From contig JBEULL010000018.1 of assembly GCA_041287365.1 (NCBI GenBank), positions 240,908-304,907 of the forward strand: 64,000 bases of DNA. The letters run 5' to 3'. Shown here in pieces: positions 58,226-64,000 of this stretch (positions are counted from its first letter, which is position 1; each line of letters begins with the position of its first letter). The translations under genes and the position numbers were made by a program. The notes under the pieces were generated by a model. It was not told where the DNA came from and made no database searches. It worked only from the letters and a program-made list of their open reading frames with translations. This DNA is from Dissulfuribacterales bacterium (GTDB taxonomy: Bacteria > Desulfobacterota > Dissulfuribacteria > Dissulfuribacterales > DYLC01).

Positions 58226-58387
58226 ATGGCAGAGGATACCAAACTTGTAGAAGAGATAAAAAAGATGGAATATGAGCCGTTACTTCCAGCGGAAATTCAG
58301 CTCATCCGTTGGAGCATAGGCATAGGCGCAGGTGGGCTGCTGTTTCTCTACTGGCTGTCCCAGGTCCTGTTTCCAGGCGGGCATTGA
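58226..58387 (+). CDS. 53-aa single-TM microprotein
   Basis: MAEDTKLVEEIKKMEYEPLLPAEIQLIRWSIGIGAGGLLFLYWLSQVLFPGGH. GGAG lies ~9 nt upstream of ATG 58226. It is followed by a terminator. Confidence 0.5.
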   Translation: MAEDTKLVEEIKKMEYEPLLPAEIQLIRWSIGIGAGGLLFLYWLSQVLFPGGH

Positions 58388-58456
58388 ACAAAGATCATCG
58401 AAGGCATGATGTTAAAATACATCGCGACGTGATTGAAAATACATCATCGCAATAAG

Positions 58457-58482
58457 AAAGGCGGCTCTCAAGCCGCCTTTTT
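58457..58482. terminator. bidirectional intrinsic terminator between convergent genes
   Basis: AAAGGCGGCT / AGCCGCCTTT, a 10-bp perfect stem with loop CTCA. It is T-rich on the plus side and TTTCTTATT on the minus side. Confidence 0.7.
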
Positions 58483-58506
58483 ACGATTCACTACATTTTA
58501 TATTTA

Positions 58507-60966
58507 TTACCTCACACCTTTTTCCGCCAGAAACGGCCCGTATTTTTTGTCTGTAATGCAGATATGGTTCTGCAGCCAGTTCTTGAGAAAATTCAGCAGC
58601 TCCAAATCCACTGTGGCGTAACCTTTCTCGAACTTCTCCTTGAAGGCAAGCACCTTTTGCACCAGGTCTGCGTGAATGGCCTTGTGGGCATCGGTGTCTG
58701 GATAGCCGTGCTTGTCGAAATAATCCTCTTCAGTCTTGAAATGAAAGACCGTGTATTCCGCCAGTTCATTCAAGACCTTGGCTGCGGCATCCTTTCCTAT
58801 GCCTTGCTTTATACCGGCATAAATGGTGTTCACCATGGCCACCAGCTTCTTGTGCTGTTCGTCTATGGAAGGAATGCCCACACTCAAATTCGGACTCCAC
58901 GGCATGAATTCAGCGGATTGTGAAGGGTTATGTAACTGCCTCTCCGCCTGCGGCTGTGCTGAAGATGTGCGCCTTCTTGAGGTGGGTTCGGCCTTCATAC
59001 CCTGTAATGCATGACCTCCTGCGCCTTCACTGCCATTTTTTGGGTCTTCAAGAATAGTCAACAATGAATGTAACAAAGAGATAGTCTGCTGGAAAAATGG
59101 GTCTATCTGGTTTTTGAAATAATCCAACATACGATCCCGTTCACCCGCCGCGATCATGCGCTGCAACTCCACAACATTGCGATGCATGGAGTCATGCACG
59201 GGCTGCAATTTCAATATTACATCCGCTATGCGAGAAGATGCAGGCTTATAACCGTCCAGAAAACGTCCAAGGCCACAGCGATGAGGATCGGTCTCCACCT
59301 CAAAGGGCACAAACTCGATCACGCCTGCAATTACCTTATCCCTCCACTGCATGTGCTGGTAAATAACGGCCTTTATACGGGCGCTGTCCGCCAGGCTTGC
59401 AAGCAATGAGGAAAGCAGACTCGGCTCCACTTTGATCTGAGACATCAACACAGCGGTCTCTGCTACAACGCTTTCCATACCATAGGCATTGGCCTCTATC
59501 TCCCTGCGCATTCTCGAGAAACGAGAGGCCTGTTCCAAAAGCACCTCAGAGTCCTTCATCACACTTCTGGCGCCTTCAGCGGCCCTTTCGATATTGTGTG
59601 TGATTTCAGAGACAGTGGCGGTCTGTTCCTCCGTAGCGCTGGCAATGGTGCTAGCCAGGTCATTCACCTCGCTTACAGCCTGTGTAATACGCTCCACTGA
59701 ATCCACTGCGTGCTGAGTATCGGCTTGTATCGTGGTGATCATACGGGTGATCTCCTCCGTGGCCCCTGCCGTCTGCTTGGCCAGTTCCTTCACCTCATTG
59801 GCCACTACCGCAAAACCCTTGCCTGCCTCACCTGCACGAGCGGCCTCGATGGTGGCATTCAGGGCCAAAAGATTGGTCTGAGATGCTATGTTGTTGATAA
59901 CTCGAATGATATCACCGATCTTTTCTGAACTTGTGGACAGGCTCTGAATAGCCGACTGCGCCTCGGCGGTCTGAGTCTGGGCGTCGTTGGCCTTCTGCGC
60001 TGTAATTGCCACGCTGTGCGCTATCTCATTGGTGGCGGTGGACATATCCTTGGTGGCCTGAGCGATGGTCTCGAGGTTGCTGGAGGAGGTCTGGGCCGAC
60101 TGCTTCACCTTATGAGAGACGGCCAGGATCTCATCCGCATATTGAATAAGCCGGTCTTTATTTTTATTGAGAATAGAGGCCACGCTCTCCACCACTGCAT
60201 TTTGGGCATTCATGGTGTTGAACTGTCCGATCATGGTGGAGGAAAGGGCGTTACACGCAGATGCAAGACGCTGCACCTCCGAAGGCCCTTCTACGGGCAG
60301 ACAGGTCTGAAACCTACCCTGACCTGCCTCCTGAATGGCGATCACTACCCTTTCCAGAGAGGCGATCATGAAACGCCTTACAAAAAAGGTGACCAAAATA
60401 ATGAAACATATACCACCTGCAAGAGTGACATACTGAAAATATTGGGCGTATCGGTCTTTTTGAAGAGAAGATGCCTCAAATGCCTTGGTCACTGCATCCG
60501 CCTGCTTAAAAAGGGTACCGTTGGTCTCGTTCATGGCTGAAACTGCCTTTTTTACATCTTCCGCATTTGGCTTTTCATTTAGAACAACAGCGATATGGGC
60601 TGAAAACGGCTTCCACAGCCCTTCCAGTTTATTGAGCTCGGAAAACAATGCCTCATCAGTCACAGCAGATAACCCCAGTTCTGAACTGCCGTTTTTGAGC
60701 CCTTGTAACGATTTTTCAAAGAGCTGCGAGGCATTCTTCAGTTCGTTCAGGTGTGAGGCATCGCCTGTTACCATGTAGGCATTGGCGGCCTTGGTCATCT
60801 TTTGAGAGAGCATGCGCTCACGGCCAGCTATGTTTATGGCTATGGTATCCGAGCCATGTAGATAAATGAGAAAAAAATTGAGGGAAACGGTGACAATAGT
60901 GGCCACAAACATGATGGCCACCAGGGCCGGGACCAGAAATGAAATAGAGTAAAAACGCCTGAGCAT
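58507..60966 (-). CDS. methyl-accepting chemotaxis protein with N-terminal PilJ/NarX-type sensor, HAMP, MA domain, CZB-like module and C-terminal hemerythrin domain
   Basis: [16 protein letters not shown] (nitrate/PilJ-type P-box), MA hairpin region ([37 protein letters not shown]). CZB-like H..W...[11 protein letters not shown]...HDSMH at nt 59053-59382. Hemerythrin-type ligand residues ([15 protein letters not shown]...H, WL.NHI..D) at nt 58510-58911. Confidence 0.9.
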   Translation of the reverse strand: MLRRFYSISFLVPALVAIMFVATIVTVSLNFFLIYLHGSDTIAINIAGRERMLSQKMTKAANAYMVTGDASHLNELKNASQLFEKSLQGLKNGSSELGLSAVTDEALFSELNKLEGLWKPFSAHIAVVLNEKPNAEDVKKAVSAMNETNGTLFKQADAVTKAFEASSLQKDRYAQYFQYVTLAGGICFIILVTFFVRRFMIASLERVVIAIQEAGQGRFQTCLPVEGPSEVQRLASACNALSSTMIGQFNTMNAQNAVVESVASILNKNKDRLIQYADEILAVSHKVKQSAQTSSSNLETIAQATKDMSTATNEIAHSVAITAQKANDAQTQTAEAQSAIQSLSTSSEKIGDIIRVINNIASQTNLLALNATIEAARAGEAGKGFAVVANEVKELAKQTAGATEEITRMITTIQADTQHAVDSVERITQAVSEVNDLASTIASATEEQTATVSEITHNIERAAEGARSVMKDSEVLLEQASRFSRMRREIEANAYGMESVVAETAVLMSQIKVEPSLLSSLLASLADSARIKAVIYQHMQWRDKVIAGVIEFVPFEVETDPHRCGLGRFLDGYKPASSRIADVILKLQPVHDSMHRNVVELQRMIAAGERDRMLDYFKNQIDPFFQQTISLLHSLLTILEDPKNGSEGAGGHALQGMKAEPTSRRRTSSAQPQAERQLHNPSQSAEFMPWSPNLSVGIPSIDEQHKKLVAMVNTIYAGIKQGIGKDAAAKVLNELAEYTVFHFKTEEDYFDKHGYPDTDAHKAIHADLVQKVLAFKEKFEKGYATVDLELLNFLKNWLQNHICITDKKYGPFLAEKGVR

Positions 60967-61033
60967 TCACTTCCTCCTTACAAAAAAAGTCATTGACAGA
61001 TTTCTTTAATACGTATCATGACATTGCGCAATA

Positions 61034-61078
61034 GGAAAACCACACTGCCCCTATGGGGCACCCCTCTACAAGAAGGGG
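61034..61078 (-). terminator. candidate terminator after fliW (two adjacent short hairpins, then GGTTTT)
   Basis: The minus strand reads CCCCTTCTTGTAGAGGGG, then TGCCCCATAGGGGCA, then GTGTGGTTTT. The stems are short and the T-run is weak. Confidence 0.35.
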
Positions 61079-61154
61079 AATACTCAGATTCTGCATTCTG
61101 CGCTTTACCGAGTTACGAAATAAAAGGAGGATAAGAAGAAAATAAGGAAAAGAA

Positions 61155-61604
61155 TCAGGCGCATTTTTCCTTCTGACACTCAGAATTCAGGGGATACTGT
61201 ACTGGATAACTATTGGGATCCAAAACCACCTGCATGCCCAGCCGCTTTTCTGTATTGATCACCACAGGGCCCAGCAGATTAGCCGTGATGCATTTTGGGT
61301 TGTCCTTTGGAATGGTTACAATGAGCAATGTCTCGGCCTGTTCAGCAGTTGTCATTTCCAGTTCCTCCTGAACATTATCGGGTATATCGAACACGTAGTC
61401 GGCCAGACACACAGAAGGGGTGATGGCCACAAATGCCAGTTCAGGCATGTCCACGCTCTGCAACCAGAAAAAAGGAGAATCTTGTCTGTGCGGAATGAGC
61501 ACATAACGCTTCTGTTCAGGGAAACCAAGTATACCGTGTTTGAACAGAATGATGTCCTGGTCAGTGATATCGAGTGTGCCAAAACGCATTGTTTCTAGTT
61601 TCAT
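61155..61604 (-). CDS. fliW: flagellar assembly factor FliW
   Basis: MKLETMRFGTLDITDQDIILFKHGILGFPE...FFWLQS. AAGGAGG SD upstream of ATG 61604. The track start at 61661 would overlap csrA. Confidence 0.85.
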   Translation of the reverse strand: MKLETMRFGTLDITDQDIILFKHGILGFPEQKRYVLIPHRQDSPFFWLQSVDMPELAFVAITPSVCLADYVFDIPDNVQEELEMTTAEQAETLLIVTIPKDNPKCITANLLGPVVINTEKRLGMQVVLDPNSYPVQYPLNSECQKEKCA

Positions 61605-61605
61605 T

Positions 61606-61839
61606 TCATTCCTCCTTTGTGGAAACGATGGCATCCAATGCCTGAATATCCGCTGGGGCATCGGCCGCCAATCTGTTCTGTTCCTGAATACGAAGATAAA
61701 TCTCGTGTCTCAAAATAGATGTATTGGATGGAGCGATTATTCCCAACTTCACCTGGTTGTTTCGAATCTCCAGCACCTTGATCTCTATGTCATCACCTAT
61801 GCAAATCTTTTCCTCTACCTTTCGTGTCAATATCAGCAT
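61606..61839 (-). CDS. csrA: carbon storage regulator CsrA (FliW-partnered type)
   Basis: [37 protein letters not shown]...ILRHEIY. Confidence 0.9.
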   Translation of the reverse strand: MLILTRKVEEKICIGDDIEIKVLEIRNNQVKLGIIAPSNTSILRHEIYLRIQEQNRLAADAPADIQALDAIVSTKEE

Positions 61840-61866
61840 GGCAGCCTCCCTGCTTCCATTATGGTC

Positions 61867-62766
61867 TTATTTCAGATAGTCTGCAAGGCTCAATCCCATC
61901 ACCTTGGAGGCGGCGCCAAGGGCTGCCTGATAACTCACCTGTTTTGTCTGAAGATCGGTAACGGCCTTGACCATGTCAGTCTCTTCTATATTTGACAACC
62001 TTTCCTTGTTGGTAAGAGAGAGTGTGAAGGCCATATCCGTTTTGTTGGTTAGGGTGTTGTCCTGAGCGCCTATCTGAGAGATCAGAGAATTGACCTTTTC
62101 TATGGCAGTATCTATGTCTCCCAGCGCAACCTCTATGTCTCCTCGGCTGTTGGCGTTCAGACCGTCGTTTAGCAGTTTCAGACCATCGAACACACCGGTG
62201 GCCATAAAGGCGCTGTGACCGTCGATATTGATCTTCTGCGTGGTGCCGTCAGCCACCGTGATCTTCAGGTCGTCCTGATTGCCATTATATTCCACTGTGC
62301 CGTCCTTGTTCAGCATCAAAGGCGTCACACCGGGCGGATAATCCGTGGTGCGGGACCCGGCCAGTATGTATCTGCCGCCCAATTTGGTGTTGCCCAGAGT
62401 CGCCACTTCTTCCATTATCGTCTTGATTTCAGCTGCAATGGCCTTTCTGCTTTCCGCGCTCTGACTGTCGTTGATGCCCTGAACCGCCAAAGACTTGGCC
62501 CGCAAAAGCCGGTCCTGTACCTGCGTAAGCGTGGTTTCCGTGGCAGTGGTCCATGCCTTGCCATAGGTGATATTGCGCTGATACTGATCTGTGTCAGAAA
62601 TGGCGTTGCGAATGGCCTGAGCATGGGTCATGGCTACGGGCTCGTCCGATGGTAGTCTATATATCTTGCCCGAGGATATGGAGGCATTGGTCTTGTCCAG
62701 ACTCTCCGTCAACCGGTTCAGATCGGTATTGATTCTGCTGTAGATACTATTCAGAGTGATTCTCAT
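61867..62766 (-). CDS. flgL: flagellar hook-associated protein 3 (hook-filament junction)
   Basis: Flagellin-like N-terminus (MRITLNSIYSRINTDLNRL) and C-terminus (DMVKAVTDLQTKQVSYQAALGAASKVMGLSLADYL). Confidence 0.85.
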   Translation of the reverse strand: MRITLNSIYSRINTDLNRLTESLDKTNASISSGKIYRLPSDEPVAMTHAQAIRNAISDTDQYQRNITYGKAWTTATETTLTQVQDRLLRAKSLAVQGINDSQSAESRKAIAAEIKTIMEEVATLGNTKLGGRYILAGSRTTDYPPGVTPLMLNKDGTVEYNGNQDDLKITVADGTTQKINIDGHSAFMATGVFDGLKLLNDGLNANSRGDIEVALGDIDTAIEKVNSLISQIGAQDNTLTNKTDMAFTLSLTNKERLSNIEETDMVKAVTDLQTKQVSYQAALGAASKVMGLSLADYLK

Positions 62767-62782
62767 GTTAATTCACCTCCTG

Positions 62783-64000
62783 TTACTTGGTTTCCAATAT
62801 GGTGACGAACATCTCGTCCGCCATCTTTATGAGCTTGGCTGACGCTGTATATGCCTGCTGAAAACGAATCAAATTGGCCATTTCCTCGTCCAGAGACACG
62901 CCTGACACGGAGTCGCGGCGCTGTTGCAGCTCGTCCACCTGTGCCTTGCTGAAGTCGTAATCCTGCTGAAAACTGCGAGACTGAATACCTATGGTTCCAA
63001 CTATTCCATGATACGCCTCGTTCAAGGTCGCATCGCTCAGATTAACTACGGCATGTTTAGAAAGGTCACGCATGGTCAAGGCATTTAGGTTGTTGGCCCT
63101 GGCCAGAATGCCTCCAGGAGGAGTGGAAAGCCCTGTTTTAGCAAGAAATCCCGAAATTCCAGGGGCATCGGTGGTATCATCCGCCAAAACAAACTTGGCC
63201 GCCTGCCCCTCTGTTTCTATGTGCAGTCTGCCGTCAGGCTCTATCCATGCCTTCACATCGTTTAGATCGTTCAAACGTTTGGCGATATCTGAGAGGCTGT
63301 CGTATTGAGGATTGACCTCGATGTTGTGCACACCCATGAACTGCCCGTTGTTGTCATACAGGTAGATATTGAAAGTGCCTGCATTCATGTCTGACTTTAT
63401 ATTATTGAGCGGCTCAGCCATTCTGTCTGTCTTGAATGACCCGGCCAACTCGGGCTGCACATAATTCAGGCCAAGGGCGTTCAGAATGCCGCTGGTATCC
63501 TCGGAAAGGCTCATGGTCTGGCCGGTGGCTGTATTGGTCAATGACAGATAATGCTGCGTCTGACCCTGAATGGTAACGGTGGAAAGCGAAGCGCTCACGC
63601 CTGGTATGGCATTTAGAGCCGTTACCAGATCATTTAAGGTCATTGTACTGGGATTCACTTGAATCTGCCGAGAATCGATGTTGTTTCCGTCTGCATCGAA
63701 GTGATTCACCACAAAGGAACCCACTTTCAATTTCTGAAACTGGGCAAGACCGGATGCAGCTGTGCCAAGAGGCTTAGTTGTATCAGTAACTGAGTTGATG
63801 GCATTCATGGGCTGTGTACTGGAAAAGCCAGCTCCAACCCCCAGATATGCCAAAAGCCCTGTAGTGTCATCGCCAAGGGCAACTGATGCCCAATGCTGAG
63901 AATTATTTGCCGGTTCGGGTTGTTCCTGCTCCAGACGCACTCGCAGAATGCCGTTATCCATCTCGGCGTGCAGGCCGTCGATGGCATCTATCGCTGCAAT
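62783..64000 (-). CDS. flgK: flagellar hook-associated protein 1, C-terminal part; N-terminus lies beyond the window
   Basis: The frame stays open to nt 64000. The C-terminus SGVSLDEEMANLIRFQQAYTASAKLIKMADEMFVTIL is the conserved FlgK rod/hook C-terminal motif. Confidence 0.85.
   Translation of the reverse strand: MAAIDAIDGLHAEMDNGILRVRLEQEQPEPANNSQHWASVALGDDTTGLLAYLGVGAGFSSTQPMNAINSVTDTTKPLGTAASGLAQFQKLKVGSFVVNHFDADGNNIDSRQIQVNPSTMTLNDLVTALNAIPGVSASLSTVTIQGQTQHYLSLTNTATGQTMSLSEDTSGILNALGLNYVQPELAGSFKTDRMAEPLNNIKSDMNAGTFNIYLYDNNGQFMGVHNIEVNPQYDSLSDIAKRLNDLNDVKAWIEPDGRLHIETEGQAAKFVLADDTTDAPGISGFLAKTGLSTPPGGILARANNLNALTMRDLSKHAVVNLSDATLNEAYHGIVGTIGIQSRSFQQDYDFSKAQVDELQQRRDSVSGVSLDEEMANLIRFQQAYTASAKLIKMADEMFVTILETK

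Overview
This is a 64-kb bacterial chromosomal window of roughly 50% GC by eye. The gene content looks deltaproteobacterial (Desulfobacterota-like), but that is a low-confidence inference. Coding density is high and most genes are housekeeping. They include the pyrK(partial)-pyrD pair, a divergent trpEGDC block, and a tRNA-Gly followed by the conserved rimP-nusA-infB-DUF503-rbfA-nrnA-truB-rpsO-pnp operon. Also present are rarA, ftsY, ispDF, dnaA, cca, ktrB/ktrA-like K+ uptake genes, valS, nadC, tlyA and xerD. The right edge carries a flagellar block (flgK partial, flgL, csrA, fliW).

I saw no rRNA, CRISPR array, transposase or phage genes.

Five things deserve a second look.

(1) A co-directional, partly overlapping gene set at 37.5-43.7 kb encodes a CheD-HDOD fusion, CheR, a PAS-GAF hybrid histidine kinase and an REC-kinase. 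No CheA, CheW, CheB or MCP gene is present in it. The kinase coiled coil carries four consecutive heptads that each fit the chemoreceptor methylation-site consensus. I read this as a candidate covalent-modification (deamidation/methylation) adaptation module wired directly to a two-component kinase.

(2) An ammonium-transporter gene is cut off immediately after the xerD stop codon, although its partner glnK is intact.

(3) Next comes a strikingly AT-rich sensor-kinase gene with a periplasmic CxxCH motif. Its composition switches back to host-like inside the gene. It is followed by a sigma-54 activator, a good -24/-12 promoter, an unusually long YeiH-like membrane protein and a 53-aa membrane microprotein.

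(4) One chemoreceptor carries both a CZB zinc-binding-like module and a C-terminal hemerythrin domain.

(5) dnaA lacks an adjacent dnaN and sits next to an AT-rich 450-bp spacer at a strand-orientation switch.

All functional calls come from reading the translated ORFs for motifs. No database search was possible.
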